Below the pieces are notes generated by a model. That model was given only the letters and a program-made list of their open reading frames with translations. It did no database searches and was not told the DNA's origin. DNA of 64,000 nucleotides from Felis catus (Eukaryota): the NCBI RefSeq assembly GCF_018350175.1, contig NC_058368.1:224566001-224630000 (forward strand), in the 5' to 3' direction. The position numbers were made by a program, and so were the translations under genes. Within the stretch, counting starts at the first letter, position 1, and every line of letters begins with the position of its first letter. Shown here one piece after another: positions 1 to 11,593 of the stretch.

Positions 1-783
1 ATTAAATTTTTTAAATAAATAAACATACAAAAATTAAAATATATTTGGAGTTAAATAATTTCCATGAATTTATATTTTACTTCCAGCATTCTATTCTTGT
101 TCTGTCAAGATAACATAGAATTTCAAAATTACACGATTGACGTAACTATCAAATTAATTTATTTTAAATGATGCTAAGCATTACTTTATATATTTTGGCT
201 TCTAATATAACAAATTTAACCTACTTTTTAATGAAGTTAAATATTACAGTCAAATTCCAGTACATGTACTAATAATCTACAAAGGAGACAAAAGTATATA
301 AAATTTTAGAAGTAAACATGAAGTAAAATTGGTCTCGGTGTGGCCAAGGGGAAGCTGAATGACTTGGAAAAATATTGCTTAAGAAGTAATTGCTGACAAA
401 ATTGTGCCCCAGCAAAATCAGCATGATTATCATAATAGACATAAATTACCACCATATTATCCCATTTCTAACCAAAAACTACTTCCCGGCCTACCAGAGA
501 AATTTATTTCAGTGTAATTTCACTTTGTATTTTATAAAAGATATCAATACATAAGAATCATTTACATTAATATATTTTAACATTACATCTCTGGAATATT
601 GCATTTTGATAATTACCATTATTTTTTAACATTCTGGAGCTAATGTTTAAATCTTAAAATCTTATAAATGCTAGTATAAAATCTATGATTTCTGTACAAA
701 ATTTCGATAGCACAGTGGGTAGCTTTTAAAGTGCGGTGAGGAAAGCTGAGCATTGCTTTTTGAATGCATATTTTATAACATAG

Positions 784-811
784 CGGCATAGAAGTCATGA
801 AGAGGAAAACC
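784..811 (+). CDS. Candidate 28-nt internal micro-exon of an unidentified gene (reads xGIEVMKRKT or RHRSHEEEN)
   Basis: Acceptor ttttataacatag| and perfect donor |gtaagt; two of three frames open; phase-compatible with the exon at 1729-1768. Confidence 0.45.
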
Positions 812-1140
812 GTAAGTCTTATTGCATTTCTTGGCTCTCTTACTTCACTTGGAGGTGTTTGATATTTTCTGGCCAATCAAATGTGAAAGGATGTCACAAG
901 GGAGATGGTCAAGATGGTTCACTATCTGACCCACCTTCCCTCTTGTCCCTTCCCGACACTGGCGAGTTTGGGGCCAGTTGTTGAGAGCGATTGTGTCAGG
1001 ATGGAAGGAGCCTTGAATCATGGGGTAAAGTTGCCCAGAAGAGATATCAGACAAAGAATATTTGCATTGGGCAGTAAATCATTTCAATTTAAACTCACCC
1101 TGTAGGAACTAGATAAAAAAAAATAAATAAATAAATAAAA

Positions 1141-1318
1141 AAGGAAGGAACCAAAACATAAGAGACTCTTAAAAACTGAGAACAAACTGAGGGTTGATGG
1201 GGGGTGGGAGGGAGGGAAAGTGGGTGATGGGCATGGAGGAGGGCACCTGTGGGGATGAGCACTGGGTGTTGTATGGAAACCAATTTGACAATAAGTTTCA
1301 TATTAAAAAAAAAAAAAG
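1141..1318 (+). mobile_element. Felid L1 (L1_Fc-like) 3' UTR end with poly(A), heavily 5'-truncated
   Basis: cataagagactcttaaaaactgagaacaaactgagggttg...gtatggaaaccaatttgacaataa + A tail; near-identical to the L1 end at 6875-7035. Confidence 0.92.
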
Positions 1319-1329
1319 GAGAGAGAGAC

Positions 1330-1610
1330 TAAAGCTAATAATAATAAAGGAAGAAATCAGGTATTGAGAATGTCTTGACTGGGGAGCCATTTCATGAAGC
1401 ATTGGAAGGAATGTTCCCAAAAGTGAACGTGTGTTTCAATGTTGCTGAAAGTAAGAGGACTGGGATCACACGGAAGATACTCATTGACTGAGAGATGTAT
1501 GGAAACCTTAGATGATGGTGATTAAAGAATGGAGGTCACAGTGTAAAAAATAAAGTCTGAAAGGAATTTTCTGAAGGAAAAGGGCCATGGCGTCAACTTG
1601 CTCTTTGCAT
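1330..1610 (-). mobile_element. Degraded L2 fragment
   Basis: tcaatgttgctgaaagtaagaggactg...cattgactgag resembles antisense L2. Confidence 0.4.
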
Positions 1611-1728
1611 AAACTTCTTGTTCTTAAACAGAATTTACAATATAAAGACATGTTCCTTTCTTATGACAAGAGCAGAGAAATAGTGAATATAGCCACGCGG
1701 CTTTCTTTAATACCAAACCTTTACATAG

Positions 1729-1768
1729 ATAACAACAGAGAACAAGCCATCAGCTCTCCTCTCACCAT
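1729..1768 (+). CDS. Candidate 40-nt internal exon of the same gene (ITTENKPSALLSP or HNNREQAISSPLT)
   Basis: Acceptor ctttctttaataccaaacctttacatag| and perfect donor |gtaagt; stays open when spliced to 784-811. Confidence 0.45.
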
Positions 1769-1939
1769 GTAAGTTTGATGCATCAACCTGAGTCCGTACG
1801 ATAGTTTAACAGGAACTTGCCATATGTTAATACATATTCAATGCCATCTAAAAATACACCATATGAAAATGTACAAATAATACGTATCTCATTATCTTAA
1901 ATAATTATTTTTATTTAAAGGCTATTCTTCTATGTTCAG

Positions 1940-1968
1940 TGAAAGTTGCGACATCCAAATATTCTTAA
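1940..1968 (+). CDS. Candidate coding part of a terminal exon (LKVATSKYS* in one frame)
   Basis: Acceptor gctattcttctatgttcag| 171 nt after the 1769 donor; TAA at 1966-1968; AATAAA follows at 2086-2091. Confidence 0.3.
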
Positions 1969-2085
1969 TATTAAAGCAATTGGAAATATCTATCTGTTGA
2001 TCGGCTTTGTTATGATAAGAGCACAAAATGACAGTACAGCAGCCTTCTAGTGACATCTACTGAACAACCAAAGTCTTCTTTCAGC

Positions 2086-2091
2086 AATAAA
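2086..2091 (+). terminator. Candidate polyadenylation signal AATAAA (alternative at 2614-2619)
   Basis: Hexamer about 120 nt downstream of the candidate stop; AATAAA is common by chance in AT-rich DNA. Confidence 0.25.
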
Positions 2092-2700
2092 TATAAAAGG
2101 AGAAAGTATCTGAAAAACAGAAAGAAAAAAAAATTTCCCGAGTCTCCGTACAGAATTAAATTTGAGATTTAAAATCAGAAAATTAGGTATTACTTAGTTA
2201 AACGTGGCTTAGAATAACTGGCTGAACAAGACAACTTATTGTGTCGACACATCACAAAATATTAATTACTGTCAACGCGGGCTGTCAATGTTACTATCTC
2301 TTGGTCTCCACTTTAACAAAACTTTAACTTAAGGGAATATAGCTTTAAGAATTAAAAAAAAGTGTTTTTCTTATGAAAGGAGGTGCTGACAGTGAGACCG
2401 AGTACATAATAGACTCAAGAAAGTTGGAGAAAAAATGAGACCTAAAAGTCATATTTATGAGAGCAAGCAAGATTAGAAGAATTCTGATGGGGAAAAATGA
2501 AAAACGGTAGCAGTGAAAACAAGTTTAGAAAGAAATTACAAAAAAACGTTTGAAAAAAATTCTAAAAACTACAAGTTATTCATAAAATATGTATATTAGC
2601 TAAATGAACACATAATAAATATATGGCATGGGTCAATGTTAAGTCGAAAAGTACAAAATGTTTTTAATGCTAGTAAAGTGTACAGATTAATACAAACTTT

Positions 2701-2753
2701 TTTTGTTTATTTATTTATTTTGAGAGAGACAGAAACAGCACAAGTGAGGGAAG

Positions 2754-2803
<50 letters not shown>

Positions 2804-2930
2804 CAAGAAGGCTTTGCACTGTCAGCACAAAGCCCAAGGCAGGGCTTGAACTCACAAAACTGTGAGGTCTTGACCTAAGCCAAAATCAAGAGTCAGATGT
2901 TTAACCCCGACTGAGCCACCCAGGTCCCCC
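2701..2930 (-). mobile_element. Can-SINE (SINEC, felid type)
   Basis: T-rich tail, (GA)n tract, ctgagccacccagg head; 17-bp TSD agattaata(c/a)aaacttt at 2684-2700 and 2931-2947. Confidence 0.95.
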
Positions 2931-2961
2931 AGATTAATAAAAACTTTTAAATATTGTATTT

Positions 2962-3164
2962 GGGTCTCCTGGGTGGCTCACTCGATTGAGCGTCTGACTC
3001 TTGATGACTCTTGATTTTGGCTCAGGTCATGATCCCAGGATCATAGGATCAAGCTCTGCATCGGGCTCTGCACTGATCCTGGAGTCTGCTTGGGAAACTC
3101 CCTCTCTGCCTTCTTCCCTGCTCTCTCTTTCTCAAAAATGAAAAGAAAGAAAGAAAAGAAAGAA

Positions 3165-3208
<44 letters not shown>

Positions 3209-3229
3209 AGAAAGAAAGGGAGGAAAGAA
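2962..3229 (+). mobile_element. Can-SINE (older carnivore subfamily) with (GAAA)n tail
   Basis: cctgggtggctc head, ggctcaggtcatgatccc core, CT-rich tract, tail expanded to (GAAA)n. Confidence 0.92.
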
Positions 3230-4516
3230 GACACTGGTAACATTTGGCATGTGTCAAAAATAGAGCTGTTATAATTCATCACTTAAAATAGTGTGTCATG
3301 ACCTTGGGACAATCATTTATATTCTTTAACTGGAAAATAAAGTTGTCAAGTATTTTTAAAAATCTTTTTAATGCTTAACTCACCGTTTTCTTTTTATAAT
3401 ATTATCTTAAATATTTAAAGCTATTCTAGAACATTCCGTTAGTATGGGTTTGATATTAGGTTTTGGCGCATGTTTGTGATTTTAAACTATGGAAGCAATT
3501 TTATAAGAATCCAGCCAAATTATGTATCTAATATTTTATTGCTCTTATCAATAAAGAATAGATGATTTTATGAAAAGCTGTGTATCAATAATATCATGAT
3601 CTTAGTAACACGGAAATTTTCTTTTAATTTGTTTGAAGGTAAATAGAAAACTCATTGATCTTTACATCGTGTTCTTAACCAATATACAAACATCAATGCA
3701 GTTTCTGGCTCTGATGCTCAGGGACGCTGTCACAGTTGCACATGTATTGATAACATTTGAACATGCTAGTACATTCTGTGACAAAGTAAAAGCAAAATAA
3801 TTAAGTAGAAAATTGGATCATAACTCAAGAGGCATAGCTTCCACTGCAGTATAAGGAAGAAAGAACCAATGATGTAGCTATAAATATATTTGTAGATTCA
3901 GAAGTGGACAGGAAATTGTTGACTCAACAGATCTCAGTTGCTCAAACTTTTGAATATGCAAAGCAGAACTAGACTTTGACCAGCTCCTAAGAGGTAACCT
4001 ATGAGCCCTTGGATTTTTCTGTTTAATAAGAATATTTCTATATGCTTGAGGGTTTGAGATAAGCTGTATCTGTCTGACCAAACAAGTTTATCCTGTTGAT
4101 GTAATTTCTGATAAAAGTGCTATTCTGTTCAAATTTGGGGATCCTGGGAGAGAGGAAACAAGGCCGGAATCTGAGTGACAGGTCAGTCACACGGGCCGAG
4201 GTCCCAGCAGCAATGTATAGATCATGATTTTCACCTTGTATTGACCAATCTTCTCTAAGCCTGTAGACCACATTTGGAACCATTTTGTATTGATTTTGAG
4301 TTTTGTCACTACCTAGAAGATCAAATCTTCTACCATTGCATATTTTATGAACCCAAACTTATTAAATAATATGACTACCTTTCTATAAATCATCTTAATC
4401 TCTCTAAAAGAGAGACTGTATTAATCCAAATCAACTCCGGATGAACACAGTATATTTGGATTTTCCCATCCCCTTGCTTCTTCCTTTCCCTCAGAGATCA
4501 GAGTCAATGTCTTGTC

Positions 4517-4745
4517 TTTTTTTTTTAATTTTTTTAAATTTTTTTAATGTTTATTCATTTTAAGAGAGAGAGAGCATGAACAAGGGAGAAGCAAAGAGAG
4601 AGAGAGGGAGACACAGAATCTGAAGCTTGCTCCAGGCTCTGAGCTGTCAGCACAAAGCCCGACACGGGGCTCAAACTTACAAACCGCGACATCATGACCT
4701 GAGCTGAAGTCGGCCACCCAACCAACCAAGCCACCCAGGCGCCCC
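4517..4745 (-). mobile_element. SINEC_Fc-type SINE
   Basis: gacacagaatctgaagc...tccaggctctgagctgtcagcac...gccacccaggcgcccc. Confidence 0.95.
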
Positions 4746-4889
4746 AGTCAGAGTCCATTTCTGAGAGTCTATACAATGTCATAGCGTGAGTTGAGAAACT
4801 GAGGTTGTAACAAGGCTTCTGGAGGTAGCAGTGATCCTCTATCCTAAGTGGCCATGTCATTTTGGGTCATCAGTAATATTTGTTTCTAT

Positions 4890-5070
4890 ATCTAAAGTCT
4901 GTATGCCAGATACCGTTCTGCACATTTTATTATGTATCAATTTGTCTAATTTTCCTTAGATTTTAGACCAAAGGAATCTGAGGTACAAAAGATTAAGTTA
5001 CTTGCCTAACATGCTACAGCTAGAATGGGCTCCCAATACTGAACTCAGTCACTACAATATACTGCCTCTG
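4890..5070 (-). mobile_element. MIR relic
   Basis: ggaatctgaggtacaaaagattaagttacttgcctaacatgctacagctag matches the MIR core. Confidence 0.65.
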
Positions 5071-5254
5071 TAGGTTCCCAAGGTAAACAGCCCCATCAGT
5101 CCTTGGAGGTCGACGTATATTTATTCATGCTGGCATCACAGAAGCCACTCTGCCCATCCCACCCCTACCTGTCTCTAGTTCCATTATCTTGTAACTGCTG
5201 CTGTCTATTGGGAAGATCACAAGAGTCCTTTAGGTCATCAGTCTCTCAATGTCA

Positions 5255-5288
<34 letters not shown>

Positions 5289-5294
5289 TGTGTG
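5255..5294. repeat. (TG)n microsatellite
   Basis: Direct reading. Confidence 0.97.
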
Positions 5295-6152
5295 CATTCT
5301 GTCAAATGTCAAATGTCATTTGTATGGAATGTAGCCCCCCCAAACCAGGTATCCATATACCTCTGTCTATGCTCCATTTCCATGCCATGGTAAAACAAGA
5401 AACATTCCATGGGAATTGCCTCCTAGGGCAAGACAGGAAGTAGAACACAGACCTCCTATCATTTTACGTCTCCAAACTATGTGAAGCTTCCATTTTCCCT
5501 ACCTGTTGGATCTAGCATCAGATGTGAACGCAGGTACAAAGACCCTTTTCAAAGAACCACTGATCTCCCCACTTTTCTGTGGATTTTCTTCCCAGCTATG
5601 TTGAAGGTGGGGCATAGAAGAGAGGGATGATGTCTATGCCTTAACATGTATTCCTTCTAGATCTGTTTTACAAGTAAGCTAAATATTATTAAAGTTTAAA
5701 ATCCAATGGTTTTATGTTTTTGCTCTCTAGTCGACTTGACAGTTTCCCATGGAGAGGTGGGTTGTAAGAATTAAAGATTCACAGGGGTTGAGAGAACAAC
5801 AACAAATAATTCATAATGTCCTATCACTGTAGCAAGGGTAAAAATAACAAAAGATTATCTCCTGTACCCAGAGAATTCAGGGACCTCGGGTCCAAATCCT
5901 TACCTTCTAATTAGTTGTGATTTCTAGAATATCTTGTAGGTGTTTTCTAAAAGTACCCATATACTGCCCTCCCCAGCTGATATTGACATGCATTTTATTT
6001 TCACTGCAGTGGTTGTCTCTGAAATATCACATATGAGGTTTCTCTCTGGAGCTATTATTCTCTAATATATTACAGAATCACATGATTAATTGGAAAAATG
6101 CTTTCTACTCCAACTTATGTTACCTTCTCTCCTCAAAACTTGTGCTCCCTCT

Positions 6153-7094
6153 TATTATTTATTTATTGTTTGTTTGTTTGTTTGTTTTAAGTAGGCTTCA
6201 TGCCCAGCCTGGAGGCGAATGCAGGGCTTGAGATCACAACTCTGAGATCAAGACCTGAGCTGACAACATCGCTCCTCATCAGGGAAATACAAATCAAAAC
6301 CACACTCAGATATCACCTCACGCCAGTCAGAGTGGCCAAAATGAACAAATCAGGAGACTATAGATGCTGGCGAGGATGTGGAGAAACGGGAACCCTCTTG
6401 CACTGTTGGTGGCAATACAAATTGGTGCAGCCACTCTGGAAAAGTGTGGAGGTTCCTCAAAAAATTAAAAATAGACCTACCCTATGACCCAGCAATAGCA
6501 CTGCTAGGAATTTACCCAAAGGATACAGGAGTGCTGATGCATAGGGGCACTTGTACCCCAATGTTTAAAGCAGCACTCTCAACAATAGCCAAATTATGGA
6601 AAGAGCCTACATGTCCATCAACTGATGAATGGATAAAGAAATTGTGGTTTATATACACAATGGAGTACTACGTGGCAATGAGAAAGAATGAAATATGGCC
6701 ATTTGTAGCAACGTGGATGGAACTGGAGAGTGTGATGCTAAGTGAAATAAGCCACACAGAGAAAGACAGATACCATATGTTTTCACTCTTATGTGGATCC
6801 TGAGAAACTTAACAGAAACCCATGGGGGAGGGGAAGGAAAAAAAAAAAGAGATTAGAGTGGGAGAGAGCCAAAGCATAAGAGACTCTTAAAAACTGAGAA
6901 CAAACTGAGGGTTGATAGCGGGGTGGGAGGGAGGGAAGGGTAGGTGATGGGCATTGAAGAGGGCATCTTTTGGGATGAGCACTGGGTGTTGTATGGAAAC
7001 CAATTTGACAATAAATTTCATATATTAAAAGAAAAAAGACCTGAGCTGAGATCAATAGTCAAATACCTAACTGACTGAGCCACCCAGGCATGCC
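6153..7094 (-). mobile_element. Short Can-SINE split in two (6153-6263, 7036-7094) by an L1 insertion
   Basis: taagtaggcttcatgcccagc...gagatcaagacctgagctga | resumes gagatcaatagtc...gagccacccaggc. Confidence 0.9.
6264..7035 (+). mobile_element. 5'-truncated young felid L1: ORF2 C-terminus (frameshifted), 3' UTR, A tail
   Basis: ORFs give IREIQIKTTLRYHLTPVR...[16 protein letters not shown] and [25 protein letters not shown]...MEYY...WMELE (L1 ORF2); 14-bp TSD aagacctgagctga at 6250-6263 and 7036-7049. Confidence 0.97.
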
Positions 7095-7104
7095 TTGTGC
7101 TCTA

Positions 7105-7317
7105 TTTTTTAATTTTTTTAAATGTTTATTTACCTTTGAAAGAGAGAGAGAGAGAGACAGAGCAGGGGAGGGGCGGTGAGGGAGACACAGAATCCAAAGC
7201 AGGCTCCAAGCTCTCAGCTGTCAGCACAGAGCCCGACACAGGGCTGGAACTCATGATCCCTGAGATCATGACTGAGCTGAGTGGGCCACTTAACTGACTG
7301 AGCCACCCAGGCGTCCC
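7105..7317 (-). mobile_element. SINEC_Fc-type SINE
   Basis: Typical body and head; short TSD tgctctat. Confidence 0.94.
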
Positions 7318-7567
7318 TGCTCTATATTTAAAGTTTTGTTTTAAGTTGTTTTTTTATATGTCTCATTCTTTACTATAACCTCCAATAGGTAGAACCTTCC
7401 ATGAGTCTAGGAAAACTGGACTCCGATTTGGAGTATGTATGTGAGTAGCACATACCAAGGTCTACTCAAATTATCCATTGTACTTGGGCCACACTTGTCC
7501 CTGTTGACTTTTTCCTTTTAGAGGTGAATTTCATCATGTCAGATACTAGACCTATTTACTTGCTGGC

Positions 7568-7910
7568 TGTTAGAAAGGTAAACTAAGGCATATTAAAACT
7601 TTTAAGTGTTTATTTGAGCAAAAAGTTATTCCAACCAGGCAATGCCGAGCCTGACGTGGTTAGGAGAGCTCCACTGAGGTGAGCCAGGGAAAAGATACAT
7701 AGAGAAGGTATGGAAGCCAAAAAAAAAGGAAATTATTTGCTTGGGTTCAGCTTAAAGCCCAGTTGGCTGTTTGTGATTGGTTGCCCCAACCATGTTGATT
7801 TCATAACCCTGATGCTTCTACAGACTTAGATTACGGTTTGCTTATGTAGGGAGCCATGGCGTTAGAGCCACCTGAGGCTAGTGGCCTCCTTGTCACTCAT
7901 GGATGTGACA
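7568..7910 (-). mobile_element. Solo ERV1-class LTR (carnivore/laurasiatherian type)
   Basis: TG...CA ends (tgttagaaagg...tgtgaca), antisense AATAAA (tttatt) near the left end, antisense CCAAT (gattgg); resembles remembered ERV1 LTR consensus; no clear TSD. Confidence 0.7.
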
Positions 7911-8304
7911 TTTAAATTCTGTGGTGGCGAAATAGCCTCGATACACCCATACTTCTATCCCCCACCAAAGAAGAATAGTTTATACTTGTACAACACAGAG
8001 TAATACATTTAATAGGCTCTCAACTAATCTTTGGACTACAAAATCAGATATGGCTACGGAGATAAACCCAAACTGAGCGACCCCAACCCACATCTGTGTT
8101 TTCTCTTCTGGAGCCCTGAGTACACAGACCAGGCAAGCAATATTCCTCTTAACCTTGGAGGGATATGACCAAAATGCTATGGCGGGGGGGTCAAGTGGAA
8201 GTGGGAAGAGGGGCAACAGTTACTCAGCAGCATCATCGCACATTTTTTTCTCCCATGAAGAGAAACGGTTGGGTGTTTTTGACAAACAGACAGAACCAAC
8301 TTAC

Positions 8305-8381
8305 ATCTCCCAACATACATGTCGTTTTAGTAGTATTCTTCGTACCAACGAAATCAAAATTGCAGACTCCTCTAGGAAGCG
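8305..8381 (-). other. Candidate 77-nt minus-strand exon (coding status unknown)
   Basis: Minus strand tgcctgtctctcgtgtcag| ... GAT|gtaagt; two frames open (LPRGVCNFDFVGTKNTTKTTCMLGD; RFLEESAILISLVRRILLKRHVCWE), neither recognised. Confidence 0.3.
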
Positions 8382-9633
8382 CTGACACGAGAGACAGGCA
8401 CAATTTTCTTCTCCTGAATCTATAGCTGTTTGTTTCTGAATAGGAGACATTCTCCCTCGCTGTTAGTAAGACCTACCTAGACATTTGACAAATACCCAGG
8501 GCTGGAGGAAGCCACCAAGGGCAAGGATCTTTTTTTTTTTCTTTTTTAAACAGGGTTTTGTAAGGATTTCACAGCATTGTTCATCAAAGTGAAGATGCAA
8601 ATAATCTTGAACTTTCTTTTGAAATGATAAGCAATTCAGAATTTTTTTTTTATGGTTTTGCATTTTACAGAATGGATGTGTGAGCTTCAAAAAACCAAAG
8701 CAGGGCAGAAAGGAGGAACAAGCCAGGCTTTTGGATTTCAAATCCTGCCTTTCTAGCCTTGGAAATATCCAGCGTAAGGAAGAGCTGTGTTTCTCATGGA
8801 CTGGAGCCAGCACGGGGCATGATTTCCTTTAGTAGTCCAGGGTCAGGTGGCTCCCGTTTTCACCGGCTGAATTCAGATGAGGCAGTTGGTCTGCCTTGAG
8901 CTTTGTTTCTAAGCGCTGAGTGATTTCATGTGCTTATCCTTTCTTTTCTGCCTGTCTGGTTTCCATGGAAATGCAGGCCTCTGGAAAAAGCCAAGCCTCG
9001 CACCTCATGCACAGGCAGTGTGTGTTATTTTTGGAGTCAACCGAGCAGTGAACGCATCCCAAAATGTCAGTGTGAGCAGGTCCTAGCAAGGGCAGGCAGA
9101 AATGCGGGGTGAAGGGACAATAGCCGATTGTCTTATTATAGAAGGAACGTCACATCCAGAGGGGTTACACGTTATCTTTTATGCTACAAGAAATGCAAAA
9201 TTGATCTTTGCAAACATTAATCTAAATGGAGGGAGGACACAAGGTGGAGAAAAAATTCACACAGATTTTGGTAGCTTTCCTACATGTTTATTTAGTGTGT
9301 GCTCAGGAACTATAGAGATGTACCTTTTACTCAAGTCAGAGTGTAAATGAAATTATTATAAATGTTAGATCTATCAGCTTTTCCACCAGAATATATAACT
9401 TCACAAAGAATTTTTTCCTAATGAAGTTAAGACCTATTTCTCCTCTCACACACAACTACTTTCAGAATAAAATAAAACCTGATAACAACTGAAGAAAAAA
9501 AAGAGAGAAAAAAGATACTTGGAAAAAAGTATTGACTGTGAGAAAATAATTTTTCATTTCTTTGGATTATATGCTGATTCTCGATGAACTTACTTTACTG
9601 CCTATTTCTCAGTTTTCATTCTTTTCTTAAGCT

Positions 9634-9838
9634 ATTTATTTATTCATTATTATTTTAAGGTTTATTTATTTTTGAGAGAGGGGAGGGGCAGAGAGAGAAA
9701 GAGAGAGAGATTCCCAAGCAAGCTCTGCAATGTCAGTGCAGAGCCCTACATGGGGCTCAAACCTATGAAAGGGGAGATCAAGGCCTGAGCCTAAATCAAG
9801 AGTCAGACACTTAACCTACTGAGCCACCTAGGCACCCC
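9634..9838 (-). mobile_element. Can-SINE
   Basis: ttcccaagcaagctctgcaatgtcagtgcagagccc...gagccacctaggcacccc. Confidence 0.93.
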
Positions 9839-10599
9839 AAGCTTTCACTCTTGATGTTACAGTTTATGGTATAACCGATTTTAGTCCTAACACTAACAGA
9901 ATTTATTACACGTCATGTAAAGTCATGGGCTTTAAGAGACATTTGGATATAAAATGTTAATCATAAAATGACTTTTAATTGCAGTTACATTCACCCCCTC
10001 TTTATGCAACTCCAGATTCAAATAGTTGTGCAATTTTTTTTAAGTGTTTGCTCCTTTCAATTTGCTCGTTATCAAACTTATTTAACATAAACTTAAGAAA
10101 CAATAGATAGCATACAAAATGCTGTGGGATAAATAAATAGCGTATATTGGAGAAATTTTTTACTCTACTAAAGCCGTGCCCTGTAAGAGGTTATGTCCAT
10201 GAAGGAGAGTGGAAAGCAAAAAGGTGAAGAAGAGAAAAACACCTAATTTGGCCCAAACGCACATGGCAAAAATGTATATGCATGTGATTACTTTAAAAAC
10301 TTACTTTTGTATTTTGAGGGGAAGAGAAGGCAAAAATAGCAAATGAAATAGGGAAGAAACAAAATAGCTTAGGTCTCATGAGAAAGGAAAAAAGACAACT
10401 TTTATTATGAACTAGAGGTCAACGTTAAGTTTCCCCATAATGGCAAAATGAGAAAATAAAATCGAGACAACAAACCAATTTTAATACTTTGTTGTTTTAA
10501 TAAGGGGATGAAGGGAATATGTTGTTGGAGAACAAAAGGTAAACCACAATTAGAATCATATACATTGAGTTTGACAAGTTAAAAGGTTCAGCGAACATC

Positions 10600-10658
10600 T
10601 TTTTTTCTTCCCCTAACTTTATTGAGATATCACTGACATATAACATTATATAAGTTCC
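10600..10658 (-). mobile_element. Very short L1 3'-terminal fragment (carnivore/L1MA type)
   Basis: tttattgagatatcactgacatataacattatataagtt. Confidence 0.6.
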
Positions 10659-11400
10659 AATAAGCATACTTTAATGAAAGGTATAGATAGACAGTAATGA
10701 ATTTCAACTAAGAATAGCTTTTTTAGATTAGTTTCAAATATTTTAACCTTAACAAGAAAAGTGCATGCTTTTGACCCCATACATCAGTCAAAGAGTATGC
10801 TTGTTTCTTTAAAATGTAAAGTTTCATCTCAAGTATCGAGACCTAGAAACAATTGCTATTGCCCATTCATTAATCATGGCTATCGCAATTCTGCATTACA
10901 GAGGTTATATGAGACTGAGGACAAGTAACGCATTCTAAATTCCACTGGTGATTCAAATTCCATCTCAGAAACACAGAAACATAGATGTGTCAAAATTATA
11001 CAACCATAATTTTAGATGATTTTGATGTCTTGATATCTCTCTTTTGAGTCCTCTGGTCGGATTTAGTCATATGCAAGTAACAGGAAACCATTGCACTGAA
11101 AAAGTATTGCTGTATTCAACCCTCAGGTAACCAAGTCCACCACTCCTGTGAGTGGTTACCTATTTCCATCCCTTCCTTGTGAAAAATGTTTACCTGTATT
11201 CCCATTATATTTTCCCCTACTTCACTAGTCACCATGTATCCCTTGTCCATGCATCTCTATAAATGACAACTTCCAACTGAGACAGAAAGAAATGAGTCTC
11301 TTAGAAATCGCAAATCATTCCTTTAGATGTAAATCTTTCTGGTTGGTACCATTATCCAGTTTAAGATTTTCCAGGGTGGGCTACCGAATAGAAAGACCCT

Positions 11401-11593
11401 GGGGCACCTGGGTGGCTCAGTGAGTCGAGGGTCCAACTCCAGCTGAGGTCATGATCTCACAGTCAGTTCCATCGGCGCTGGCAGCATGCTCGGGATTCTT
11501 GCTCTCCCCTCTCTCTCTGCCCCTCCCCTGCTTGTGCTTTCTTTCTCTGTCTCTCAAAATAAATAAACTTAAAAACAATAACAATAAAAAAAA
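11401..11593 (+). mobile_element. Can-SINE
   Basis: ggggcacctgggtggctcagt head, CT tract, aaaataaataaac tail. Confidence 0.93.

Noticed and set aside
711..735. Possible extra exon (gatag|...|gtgagg) before 784
   Set aside because: Would leave a 48-nt intron, below the usual mammalian minimum
6200..6803. Well-formed protein-like ORFs
   Set aside because: They are the frameshifted C-terminus of L1 ORF2 in a truncated insert, not a host gene
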